IMG/VR virus record: IMGVR_UViG_3300028571_000009
Reading direction: 5' to 3' (one strand)
Source of the DNA: a virus
DNA length: 64,000 nucleotides
The notes beneath the pieces are model-generated. The model had not been told where the DNA came from. It was given only the letters and a program-made list of their open reading frames with translations, and did not search any database. Shown piece after piece: positions 41,352-50,826 of this stretch. Every line of letters begins with the position of its first letter. Position 1 is the stretch's first letter. The position numbers and the translations under genes were made by a program.

Positions 41352-42029
41352 ATGGACCACAACGAAGGTAATACCGGTAATCTAAAAAGAAAACCGAAGG
41401 GAGATATTAGATTCCACGTCACTCTCAATGATGAGCAAAAGGAAGCAAAACAAATTATTATAGATAATGCGGTAACCGTATTAAAAGGGCAGGCCGGGTC
41501 GGGAAAGACCTTAATAGCTTGTCAGGTTGCCTTAGATTCATTATTTAAGAAAGACGTCGAACGAATTGTTATTTGTCGACCGGCGATATCTAAAGAAGAA
41601 ATTGGATTCTTGCCCGGTTCTGCAAACGATAAGCTTCAACCGTATATGCAACCGGTTCTAGACAACTTCTATAAGCTGTATAATAAAGAAAAAGTCGACG
41701 CTCTTATTTTAGATAGAAAGATTGAGATTATACCATTTGCATTTATGCGTGGGCATACATTTACAAATACTTTTATAATAGCAGATGAGGCTCAGAATTT
41801 ATCTTTTGACTTCATGGAGCTAATATTAGGTAGATTAGGTTTAGGTAGTAAATTAGTAATTTGCGGGGATGCTTCACAGATTGACTTAAAGAACAAGAAA
41901 GATTCTGGTATTCATTACGTTACAGCATTAGAGGCGAGAGTTCCCGGATTCAAGATATTTACTTTAAAGAAGAATCACAGACATCCAATTGTACAATTAC
42001 TGTTGGACGTGATTACCGAATTGAAATGA
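41352..42029 (+). CDS. phoH: PhoH-like ATPase
   Basis: GQAGSGKT, IGFLPG, MRGHTF, ADEAQN, GDASQID, RHPIV. Confidence 0.93.
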   Translation: MDHNEGNTGNLKRKPKGDIRFHVTLNDEQKEAKQIIIDNAVTVLKGQAGSGKTLIACQVALDSLFKKDVERIVICRPAISKEEIGFLPGSANDKLQPYMQPVLDNFYKLYNKEKVDALILDRKIEIIPFAFMRGHTFTNTFIIADEAQNLSFDFMELILGRLGLGSKLVICGDASQIDLKNKKDSGIHYVTALEARVPGFKIFTLKKNHRHPIVQLLLDVITELK

Positions 42030-42364
42030 TAAAGTTAAAAAAGATATTGGTTCAGGAAACCAAACAGGAAGAGGAATTTGCAGAAACCAGAATGGGCGGT
42101 GCAAAAACAATTACTGACAATGCCAAAGAAAAAGGTGGGTTAGCAATGCTTACTTATCATCATTTCAAAGTTAAATTACCGTATTATAAAAAAGCCGCGG
42201 CAGGGACGCTTGATATGGATAAAGCATCTACCCAATATAAAAAACTTTTGGAAGAATTATATTCTACGACTAAAGATAATATGGGTATTGAACAGATAGC
42301 TTTTCAGGAATTAGTAGGTAAATTAGAAGTGTTAGGAGAGTTGCTTATAAAACATAAACAGTGA
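42026..42364 (+). CDS. Hypothetical protein with MIKL-type leader
   Basis: MIKLKKILVQE N-terminus. Confidence 0.65.
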   Translation: MIKLKKILVQETKQEEEFAETRMGGAKTITDNAKEKGGLAMLTYHHFKVKLPYYKKAAAGTLDMDKASTQYKKLLEELYSTTKDNMGIEQIAFQELVGKLEVLGELLIKHKQ

Positions 42365-42990
42365 AATTATCTTTATTAGATAATAAATTAAACAATAATC
42401 CGTATTGGTCGAATACTATAACAGACACGCCTACTATAAATGATGTAGCATTGTTCGACACAAACGGTTATGATTTATCCGGTTTAGAACAAAAGTATGC
42501 ACTGGTAAATCTATCAGCTTCGTCACATAGATATAAAATGGCATTGAAATATGATTGGTTTACTGATATTGATAACTCATATCAAAATGCCCATATAAAT
42601 CACGCGTTATTGTTTGAAAGAAAAGGCTATGATAACGAAGCTAAAGAGCAGTTAATAAAATTTTCTGAGCAATTGCCACTATGTCATAAGCTTTTAAAAA
42701 TTCATCCGAAATGGGGAATTGATTTTGCGGTTGATTATTGCGATACATACGGAAATGTTTTTGAAGTATTTCATTATGAATGGGATTCATTTCATTATGA
42801 AGAAGTAGAAAATGTAAAATACAATATGGAGAAATTCATAGTAAGTATGGATTGGGACAATGCAGCGTCGCACTTATTAAAAAGAAAACATGAGTGGGAC
42901 AGTTTATCATTTTTTGAACAAAGTAATTGGAAATGTAATTATTTTGGTGTAGAACCTGAACAATTCAAAATAGTAATTTGGAATACATGA
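42361..42990 (+). CDS. Hypothetical protein
   Basis: 209 aa, GTG start overlapping the previous stop. Confidence 0.65.
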   Translation: MKLSLLDNKLNNNPYWSNTITDTPTINDVALFDTNGYDLSGLEQKYALVNLSASSHRYKMALKYDWFTDIDNSYQNAHINHALLFERKGYDNEAKEQLIKFSEQLPLCHKLLKIHPKWGIDFAVDYCDTYGNVFEVFHYEWDSFHYEEVENVKYNMEKFIVSMDWDNAASHLLKRKHEWDSLSFFEQSNWKCNYFGVEPEQFKIVIWNT

Positions 42991-43003
42991 GATATTTATT
43001 AGT

Positions 43004-43450
43004 ATGAAACTACAAAACGTATTGTTAGAAGATTGCTGGGATGGATATACCCAAATCGGTATGAAAGAAAAAGACGGGAAAAAAGTACCTAATTGTGTAC
43101 CCGTTAAGGAGAGTATTATGTGTAATGAATGCGCACTTATAATGCTTAAATCATTACGTGAATCTACACTAACAGAAGCTGATTACCAAGGTCGCACAGT
43201 AACATTGAATAAACCCACTCGTGGCGATGTCGCTAAATATAAAGTATATGTTACTAATGATAAAGGTAATGTCGTTAAGGTAAATTTCGGGGATAAAAAT
43301 ATGTCCATAAAGAGAGATAATCCTGTTAGGAAAAAATCTTTTAGAGCGCGACATAAATGTGACCAAAAGAAAGACAAAACGACTGCGGGTTATTGGAGTT
43401 GTAAAATGTGGTCGTCCACACCGGTTAGTCAAATTTTAAAAGGTAAGTGA
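43004..43450 (+). CDS. Modular hypothetical protein
   Basis: MKLQNVLLE leader; CWDGY...VPNCVP module; RKKSFRARHKC...GYWSC module. Confidence 0.7.
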   Translation: MKLQNVLLEDCWDGYTQIGMKEKDGKKVPNCVPVKESIMCNECALIMLKSLRESTLTEADYQGRTVTLNKPTRGDVAKYKVYVTNDKGNVVKVNFGDKNMSIKRDNPVRKKSFRARHKCDQKKDKTTAGYWSCKMWSSTPVSQILKGK

Positions 43451-43986
43451 TGATAAAGTTAAAATATCTACTTAAAGAATACTCATATAAAGCTTCGAAA
43501 ATTTTTGATTTTGACGATACTTTAGCCACAACTGATACTAATGTAAGAGTTATTCATACTGATGGTACCGAATCAATAATAACACCGGCTGAATATGCTA
43601 TATATGATGCGAAACCGGGTGATAAGTTTGATTATAAGGAATTCAATCAATTATTAAAGTCCCCGAAACCCATAGATAAAATATGGAAGCTGTTAGTTAA
43701 AGCGGCAAAGAATCCTAGCAATAAAGTAACTATTCTAACCGCACGACAATTAGCATTTCCTATTAGATATTGGTTAAAGAAAGCCGGGTTAGACATTTAT
43801 GTCGTGGCGGTTGGTAGCAGTGACCCTAAGGTTAAAGCTGATTGGATTGAAAATGAAATTAAACGTGGGGCCACAGATATTACATTTATAGATGACTCAG
43901 AAAAGAATGTAAAGGCTGTTAGTAAATTAGCAGATAAGTATCCCGCAATTAAACTACAATCACTAACACCAAATCAAGTAAGATGA
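43447..43986 (+). CDS. HAD-superfamily phosphatase
   Basis: IFDFDDTL (DxD), ILTAR and FIDDS motifs. Confidence 0.8.
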   Translation: MMIKLKYLLKEYSYKASKIFDFDDTLATTDTNVRVIHTDGTESIITPAEYAIYDAKPGDKFDYKEFNQLLKSPKPIDKIWKLLVKAAKNPSNKVTILTARQLAFPIRYWLKKAGLDIYVVAVGSSDPKVKADWIENEIKRGATDITFIDDSEKNVKAVSKLADKYPAIKLQSLTPNQVR

Positions 43987-44261
43987 AGTTAAAAGAATTA
44001 ATAACTACCATTACCGAGAGTTTCGGTGGTCCTGGTAAAATGATACTACCCGCAAATCATAAAGCCGGATTAAAGGTAACTAAGGGTGGTAGTTGTTGTG
44101 CAAATTGTAAATACTGGGATACTGAAAATGAAGTATGTACAAGTAAATATTATCAAAAATGGGCAAAGACAGATAAAATACCTTATGCCCCTAATGAATA
44201 TTGTACAAATTGGTGGGAACCGAACATAATAAAGGTTAAACCAAAAACAGAAAACGAGTAA
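43983..44261 (+). CDS. Small Cys-cluster protein
   Basis: CCANCKYW...C...YCTNWW. Confidence 0.6.
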   Translation: MKLKELITTITESFGGPGKMILPANHKAGLKVTKGGSCCANCKYWDTENEVCTSKYYQKWAKTDKIPYAPNEYCTNWWEPNIIKVKPKTENE

Positions 44262-44262
44262 C

Positions 44263-44859
44263 ATGGATATCAATAAGTTAAAAGGTAGTATACCTGATTC
44301 GGTGCTAGCACAAATACCGACGATTGTAACTAAATTCGGAATTAATACACCACTTCGATTAGCACATTTCCTTTCACAGTGCGCACATGAGTCTGGCGAC
44401 TTTAGAGTAACGACAGAAAATCTAAACTACTCCGCAGATGGGTTAAAGAAAACATTCTCAAAATATTTCCCGGGCACATTAAATGAAACGTATGCTAGAA
44501 ATCAACCAGCAATAGCGAACAGAGTATATGCTAATAGAATGGGTAATGGTGATGAAAAGAGTGGTGATGGATATAAATTTCGTGGTCGCTCATATTTACA
44601 AATAACCGGCCGAAACAACTATGCAGAATTTTCATCTGCTATCGGAGAAAATTGTCTAACGAACCCAGATTTATTATCCGCAAAATATGCATTAGCCGCA
44701 GCGGCATGGTATTGGGATTATAGAAAAATAAATACTGCGGCTGATACCGGGCCCGGCACCGAATCAATTAAAGCTGTTACTAAACTAATTAACGGTGGTT
44801 ACATAGGATTATTAGACCGAATAGAAAAATTTAATAAGTATTTCGCTCTATTATCATAA
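44263..44859 (+). CDS. Glycoside hydrolase family 19 endolysin
   Basis: HFLSQCAHES, GDGYKFRGRSYLQITGRNNY, TKLINGG. Confidence 0.92.
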   Translation: MDINKLKGSIPDSVLAQIPTIVTKFGINTPLRLAHFLSQCAHESGDFRVTTENLNYSADGLKKTFSKYFPGTLNETYARNQPAIANRVYANRMGNGDEKSGDGYKFRGRSYLQITGRNNYAEFSSAIGENCLTNPDLLSAKYALAAAAWYWDYRKINTAADTGPGTESIKAVTKLINGGYIGLLDRIEKFNKYFALLS

Positions 44860-44906
44860 GAATACGTTTATTATTCAAATAGCGATAATTATTAAAAAGA
44901 GATAAT

Positions 44907-46058
44907 ATGTCGCAAACAATAATTCCGATATGGCCGGGCAGTTCATCGTTTACCACAGGGTCGACACCTTTCGGGTTTTATGATGCTGATAATGATTTTA
45001 CATCATCAATTGATAAGGTGACATTATGGTGTGCTCGTAGATTAGGATATCCAATCGTAAATATAGAACTTCAAGATATTAATTTTTACGCTGCATTCGA
45101 AGAAGCTATTACAGAGTATTCCAATCAAGTAAATCAATTCAATATTCGTGATAATATGCTCACACTTACAGGTGCGAGCACATCTACAAATTTATCACAA
45201 CGTGTAATTTCTAATAATTTCGATAGAATAATTACATTATCATCAGAATATGGTACTGAATCAGGATATGGTGGTACTGTTACATACAAGTCCGCTTCGC
45301 TTCAATTGGTAACCGGTGTACAGAATTACAATTTATCTAGTTCATTAGTATTGGAAGGTACTGATGCGTGGGGCGATATTGAAATTAAGAAAATTCATCA
45401 CTACGCACCACCCGCAATTACTCGGTATTTCGACCCATTCGTTGGAACGGGTATGGGCAGCCAGCAAATGTTAGAACAGTTTGGCTGGGGCGCGTATTCA
45501 CCGGGCGTATCATTTATGATGATGCCAATGTATGCTGATTTGCTTAGATTACAAGCTATCGAGTTCAACGACCAGATAAGACGTTCTGGCTATGGGTTTG
45601 AATTACATAACAATAGATTAAAAATATTTCCAGTACCTACAACCGGTCTTAAGGTTTGGGTTGAATATATCGTTAAGTCAGAACGTGCGAATCCGTTAAA
45701 ACAATCAACAGGATTAGTATCTGATTTCAGTAATGCACCGTATAATCGGATAACATATTCAAATGTAAACCACCCCGGACGTCAATGGATTCTAATGTAT
45801 ACGTTAGCATTATGTAAAGAAACGTTAGGCTATATACGTAACAAGTACTCAGCTATACCATTCCCTAATGCCGAGATAACATTAACGGGCGGTGATTTAA
45901 TCGCTCAAGGAAAAGAGGAAAAAACTGAGTTAGTGGCACAGTTACGAGAGAACCTAGAGGCAACTAGTAGAAGCGTGCAGTTGACGAAGAAACAAGAAGA
46001 GTCAGAAGCATTACAAAATCAATTAACTAAGATGCCAATTGGTATCTGGATAGGATAA
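44907..46058 (+). CDS. gp13: Neck protein, gp13-like
   Basis: RRLGYPIVNIEL...FEEAI and YTLALCKETLG...KY...GGDLIAQGKEE patterns. Confidence 0.8.
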   Translation: MSQTIIPIWPGSSSFTTGSTPFGFYDADNDFTSSIDKVTLWCARRLGYPIVNIELQDINFYAAFEEAITEYSNQVNQFNIRDNMLTLTGASTSTNLSQRVISNNFDRIITLSSEYGTESGYGGTVTYKSASLQLVTGVQNYNLSSSLVLEGTDAWGDIEIKKIHHYAPPAITRYFDPFVGTGMGSQQMLEQFGWGAYSPGVSFMMMPMYADLLRLQAIEFNDQIRRSGYGFELHNNRLKIFPVPTTGLKVWVEYIVKSERANPLKQSTGLVSDFSNAPYNRITYSNVNHPGRQWILMYTLALCKETLGYIRNKYSAIPFPNAEITLTGGDLIAQGKEEKTELVAQLRENLEATSRSVQLTKKQEESEALQNQLTKMPIGIWIG

Positions 46059-46075
46059 AAATTAGTATAGAAATC

Positions 46076-46870
46076 ATGATAAATTGGAAACAACTATATT
46101 ATCGGTTATTATTAGAAGGTGAGGTATCTATCGATACCACCGGCGAGTATCATCATTCCGTTCCTAGGCATTCTGACGGTGTCGATAGTCGCTTAGTTAA
46201 ATTATCTCATAGAAATCATACATTAGCTCATTATATTAGATTTAGGTGGTTGGGGCATCCGGGTGATAAAGTGGCATATCAAATGATGTCTGGACAGTTA
46301 TTAAATCCTATGCATGACCCGTTTATTCGTGCTAAGGTAATTACTTATAATCAATCTGCAGCCGGCAGACAAAAATCGAGTGATACATTTACAAGATATT
46401 ATGCGAATCCTGAAAACCTAGCTCGGCATTCCGAACAACGAAAACAGTTTATAGCTAACATGCCAGATAAGCGTGTAATGACTGCTCATATGAATGACCC
46501 GCAAAAGATATCGGACTATATTGAAAAACGGGTGGCTACATATAAACAAACTGCAAAAAATAACCCAGAACGATTTGCAAATAATTCAAAGTTGCGTGGT
46601 GATATATTGCGTCGCAACAATCTTTTACGTTCTGATATAGAATTAGCCGATATATACGGCCGCGGTACCGGTGCTAACAATCCTAAGTGGCGCGGCTACG
46701 TTATTGTTGAACTCGGTAATAACAAACAAATATTTGATAGTTTTCAAGATGCATATCAAAAAATAGGCCTAACATATGGACTGGCTAATAAGTATAAAAA
46801 TACGAATATACCGGTTAAAGCTGGTAGATTAAAGGGTAGTATTATTTCATTAACTAAATTTATTTCATAA
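46076..46870 (+). CDS. Free-standing HNH homing endonuclease
   Basis: YHHSVPRH...LVKLSHRNHTLAH; inserted between neck genes. Confidence 0.75.
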   Translation: MINWKQLYYRLLLEGEVSIDTTGEYHHSVPRHSDGVDSRLVKLSHRNHTLAHYIRFRWLGHPGDKVAYQMMSGQLLNPMHDPFIRAKVITYNQSAAGRQKSSDTFTRYYANPENLARHSEQRKQFIANMPDKRVMTAHMNDPQKISDYIEKRVATYKQTAKNNPERFANNSKLRGDILRRNNLLRSDIELADIYGRGTGANNPKWRGYVIVELGNNKQIFDSFQDAYQKIGLTYGLANKYKNTNIPVKAGRLKGSIISLTKFIS

Positions 46871-47394
46871 TGTGCGCTCTATTCGCCGGAGAGAGGGATA
46901 TGTCGTTATTCTATCATCTTAATAAAGAGATGATAACTAGAGTAATGGACGTACAGGTCTTATTATATAAGATTAATCTTAATGGTACGGATGTAAATAT
47001 ATATGGTGAGTCAAGTAAAAAATCATACGATGCTCCGATACTAGTTCACACTGTAATTAATCTAACACCGTCAGATTCGACAGGTGAAGACTTTGGTGTC
47101 GAACAAGTACAACAATGTGAGTTTGCTTTCCTACGAGATTTATTAGTTGAAGCCGATATAGTCCCAGAAATTGGTGACCTTATTGAATATGATAGTGCGT
47201 TCTGGGAAATTGACAATACAAACGAATGGCAATATTACGCAGGTAAAAATCCTGATAGTTGGCTCGGTGGTACTAATTTCGGGCATTCTATATCTATAGT
47301 ATGTAACACGCATAGAACCCGCCAATCGCAGTTACAAATTATTCCGGTTAGAACGGGGACTCAACCTAGAAAAGCATTGCCTAAAAATATATGA
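46870..47394 (+). CDS. Neck/head-closure protein, gp14-like
   Basis: NIYGES..K.Y..PI and PEIGDLIEY motifs; follows gp13. Confidence 0.7.
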   Translation: MCALFAGERDMSLFYHLNKEMITRVMDVQVLLYKINLNGTDVNIYGESSKKSYDAPILVHTVINLTPSDSTGEDFGVEQVQQCEFAFLRDLLVEADIVPEIGDLIEYDSAFWEIDNTNEWQYYAGKNPDSWLGGTNFGHSISIVCNTHRTRQSQLQIIPVRTGTQPRKALPKNI

Positions 47395-48584
47395 AGCCAA
47401 TAATACCAAATAAAACAGAAAATACGTTTGGGGCAAATAGTCCATTACGGCGCGAAACACAAACGCGTAGGGATAATGATAAGCAAAAGAATATTAGCGT
47501 ATCATTATATGATATAGACTACAATGTGAAGTGGCATATTGATAATGTTATCGTACCGCAATTAATTGATAACGGGCAGATAATCAGAATACCTATTCTA
47601 TTTAGTACTCCGGAGAAATGGGCGTCTATTAGAGAACAGGGATATTTACGAGATAATAAACAAAAAGTATTAGCTCCGATAGTATTAATCAAACGAAATT
47701 CTGTCACACCACGCGAAGATATTAATACCAGTGCTATATTTAGAGATATTAAGAGCAAGGATAGTAATAACTCGATAATGTTCGAGAAGAAATATACCAA
47801 CGAAAATAGATACGACCAATTTTCGTTATTGAACGGACGCCCACCACTGCGGGAATTTTATGCAATTGAAATTCCTACATATGTAGAAGTACAATATGAT
47901 GTAATGATATGGACTGATACAGTGGTTCAACTTAATGAAGTTCTGGAGCAGTTTCTATTTTACGATGGAAAGGCATTTGGTGATACGTATAAGTTTATGA
48001 CTTATATTGATAGTCCAACATTTGAACATGTTAATGCTACGACCGAAGACCGTTTAGTTAGATGTAATCTATCGTTAAGAACAAAAGGATACTTAGTGCA
48101 GGAACATATAAACAATGCTCCGAATATGCGTAAGTTCTTTAATATGAATAAGGTACAATTTGATATTGAAGTAGCCGGCGCATCTGAAATATTAGCTGCC
48201 GGACCGAAAACAGGCGCGCGGGTATCATTCACTAGACCGGTAGCTCCAGCATCCGGGGCATCTGTATCAACCGAAGTTATAACATTCCTTAATACAAACG
48301 TAACGGTTAATGCTGATACTATAACGGCTTTATATGCTGACTTCAATAATGTTCAGATATTAAGTTCACCATCAGCAACTATTCCAGCACCAGACAAATA
48401 CAGTTTTGCTTATTTTATTAATGGTCAATATGTAACACCTGCAGTGATATCGAGTATAGTGAATCAAACTTCATCGACGGTACGTGTAACATTTGATACT
48501 AGTATTTTAGGTTACACACTAGAAAGCACAGATGTGATTACAGTTTCCGGTAAATTCTCAGGTAATAGCGATACAACAATATGA
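47391..48584 (+). CDS. Tail terminator/sheath stabiliser, gp15-like, with C-terminal extension
   Basis: IPILFSTPEKW and YVEVQYDVMIW...QLNEVLEQF patterns; gene order gp13-gp14-gp15. Confidence 0.65.
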   Translation: MKPIIPNKTENTFGANSPLRRETQTRRDNDKQKNISVSLYDIDYNVKWHIDNVIVPQLIDNGQIIRIPILFSTPEKWASIREQGYLRDNKQKVLAPIVLIKRNSVTPREDINTSAIFRDIKSKDSNNSIMFEKKYTNENRYDQFSLLNGRPPLREFYAIEIPTYVEVQYDVMIWTDTVVQLNEVLEQFLFYDGKAFGDTYKFMTYIDSPTFEHVNATTEDRLVRCNLSLRTKGYLVQEHINNAPNMRKFFNMNKVQFDIEVAGASEILAAGPKTGARVSFTRPVAPASGASVSTEVITFLNTNVTVNADTITALYADFNNVQILSSPSATIPAPDKYSFAYFINGQYVTPAVISSIVNQTSSTVRVTFDTSILGYTLESTDVITVSGKFSGNSDTTI

Positions 48585-49147
48585 TTTTAATACATAACAA
48601 ACAATTATTATATCCATTATCAGGAAGCTTCACAGGAAGCTTTACCGGCAGTTTTACGGGCAACGGGGCAGGATTAACTAATCTACCAATATCACCGACA
48701 TCTAGTTACGCGGTGTACGCTGAGTCAGCAACCAGTGCTTCATATGCAACCAGTGCATTAAGTTCTTCATACGCAACGCGCGCATTAAGTTCTTCATACT
48801 CAAGTACCGCGTCATATTATGATGTCAGCAATTTGGTTACTACCAGTTCATTTAATGCATTCACATCTAGCTATAACGAAGCCAGCTCTTCATTTGTAAC
48901 AAACATATATGGATTAACGAGTGCCACATCTAGCTACGTATTAAATGCACAGACCAGTTCAATGAGTGTGTTGAGTAGTTCATATGCGGGGACCGCATCA
49001 TTTGTAGAGAACGCTATCAGTTCGTCGTATTCTGATAATAGTGTAAGCTCATCGTATGCCATCAGTGCATCATATGCCCCGTTTCCGGCAATACCCGCTT
49101 CAACACCACCAGCATTAAATGTATTTACCTGGATGAATTTCTATTAA
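48581..49147 (+). CDS. Low-complexity Ser-rich repeat protein
   Basis: SFTG repeats and repeated S[SA]SYA units. Confidence 0.65.
   Translation: MILIHNKQLLYPLSGSFTGSFTGSFTGNGAGLTNLPISPTSSYAVYAESATSASYATSALSSSYATRALSSSYSSTASYYDVSNLVTTSSFNAFTSSYNEASSSFVTNIYGLTSATSSYVLNAQTSSMSVLSSSYAGTASFVENAISSSYSDNSVSSSYAISASYAPFPAIPASTPPALNVFTWMNFY
48620..48800 (+). repeat. Short coding tandem repeats
   Basis: Degenerate 12-nt ACAGGAAGCTTY units; GCATTAAGTTCTTCATAC occurs twice. Confidence 0.6.
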
Positions 49148-49180
49148 ATTCGATATTTATTAGTAAATAATCACATAATT

Positions 49181-49603
49181 ATGGCACAGAATACGTCACC
49201 GATTTTTATCCTAACCCCGGACACTACGACTGTTGTAGTAGATGCCTCCAGCTCATTACGTGATGGCTCGGGTTCATTATTTACATTATTCGCAGCGGGT
49301 CCGAGTGGTTCCCGTGTAGATTCTGTAACATGGACATCAGCACAATCGTCATCATATGCCGCTTCATCAGCAATGGTTGGTCGCGTATTCATAACAGATA
49401 CGGCCGGTTTAAATCCTAGATTATTACAAGAAGTGGCGATTGCTACTGTGACACCATCTGCTACCGTAATAGGCGCACAAGCGATTATTAACTTTACAAA
49501 CGGACTTCTAATGAACTCAGGTTCATTATTAAGGGTAAATCAATCAGTATATGCAGGCGTACAAGACCGTATGGCAGTAGTGGCGCGCGGTGGTGATTAT
49601 TAA
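49181..49603 (+). CDS. Putative tail-fibre-associated protein
   Basis: 140 aa beta-rich ORF upstream of the three paralogs. Confidence 0.55.
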   Translation: MAQNTSPIFILTPDTTTVVVDASSSLRDGSGSLFTLFAAGPSGSRVDSVTWTSAQSSSYAASSAMVGRVFITDTAGLNPRLLQEVAIATVTPSATVIGAQAIINFTNGLLMNSGSLLRVNQSVYAGVQDRMAVVARGGDY

Positions 49604-49617
49604 AAGTAATTACCGAC

Positions 49618-50826
49618 ATGGTACAACAATTAGGTTACAATAATCCATCAAATATTGGTGTTTTAGGTATAATGAATTCACAAGGAAATTATACTTACTA
49701 TGCTGACTATACATCTGCTTTAAAAAATGCTAAAGCTGGTGATACAATTGTACAATTTGCGAACATTGTAGAGCAGAATCAAGTTACACTCATACTTAAA
49801 AATGGTGTTAACTTAAATCTAAATGGTTTTATTTATGAGTTTAAGCGCGGATTTTATTTTTATGATAATAACGTTGCTGTTGCGTGTTCAATAATGAATG
49901 GAAAAATCTATTCGGGTGTTGCAAGTAATACAACATCTTTATTTATAATACTAAATGCATCATCTGTAATTACAACAAATTGTACAATTGAAGCGACAAT
50001 GGGTAGCAGTTCATCAGCGGTTCAATGTAATGGAACTTGGATAGGTGGTATTTTTAGAGTATCAACAGGATATGCTATTACGACAGGTATATATTCAGCA
50101 GGTGGTGGTAGTGGCGTTTTAATAAATGCTAATGTATATGGAGGAGTATATACAGGCGGTGCTTTTGGTGGTGGTGGTACACTTAGAAATTGTGTTGTAG
50201 TGGGCGGTGTATTCACAATAGGAATAGTATCAATGCAAAATTGTGTTGTAATAGGAACCACATCATGTTCGAGTAATACATTAACAACATATAATTGCAT
50301 ATTTTATAACTCAAGTGGTTTTGGATTATATTATTCTAATAATACTTATAGTGGTGTACATACAAATTTGGTTGTAATATCACTAACGGGCTCTGGTGGT
50401 GCTGTGTTATGTGGTGGTGCAACATTTTATAATTGTTTTTTTTATTCTGGTGTTGCTCCTATATTTAAGGATAATGGAAGTGTATATGGTATATCACAAA
50501 TTAGCCAATTTAATAAATTTTACAATTGTACGTTAGTCGCAGCTGCGTCAATTCTTACAAATTCATTTAATGATACATATGTTAATTCAACATTAAATTG
50601 TCTATGGAACAATGCTGGGGGACATTCAACTTGGTATCCATTATCTATTATTAAATGTTATTTAAAAGTAGCAAATGTAAATGCAAAATGTGTTTACGCA
50701 CCAATAGCGACTACAGCAACATTTGTTAAAAATACATATCAAGGAGCTGTTGTACCAGTTGATGGGAATGTAGTACAATCACAACAAAATACAAGAGATT
50801 TGTATGGAAATATAACAATAGGATGA
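49618..50826 (+). CDS. Putative beta-helix adhesin/fibre paralog 1
   Basis: Shared N-terminus GNYTYYADYTSA...VQFANIVE; N/C/G-rich repeats. Confidence 0.6.
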   Translation: MVQQLGYNNPSNIGVLGIMNSQGNYTYYADYTSALKNAKAGDTIVQFANIVEQNQVTLILKNGVNLNLNGFIYEFKRGFYFYDNNVAVACSIMNGKIYSGVASNTTSLFIILNASSVITTNCTIEATMGSSSSAVQCNGTWIGGIFRVSTGYAITTGIYSAGGGSGVLINANVYGGVYTGGAFGGGGTLRNCVVVGGVFTIGIVSMQNCVVIGTTSCSSNTLTTYNCIFYNSSGFGLYYSNNTYSGVHTNLVVISLTGSGGAVLCGGATFYNCFFYSGVAPIFKDNGSVYGISQISQFNKFYNCTLVAAASILTNSFNDTYVNSTLNCLWNNAGGHSTWYPLSIIKCYLKVANVNAKCVYAPIATTATFVKNTYQGAVVPVDGNVVQSQQNTRDLYGNITIG

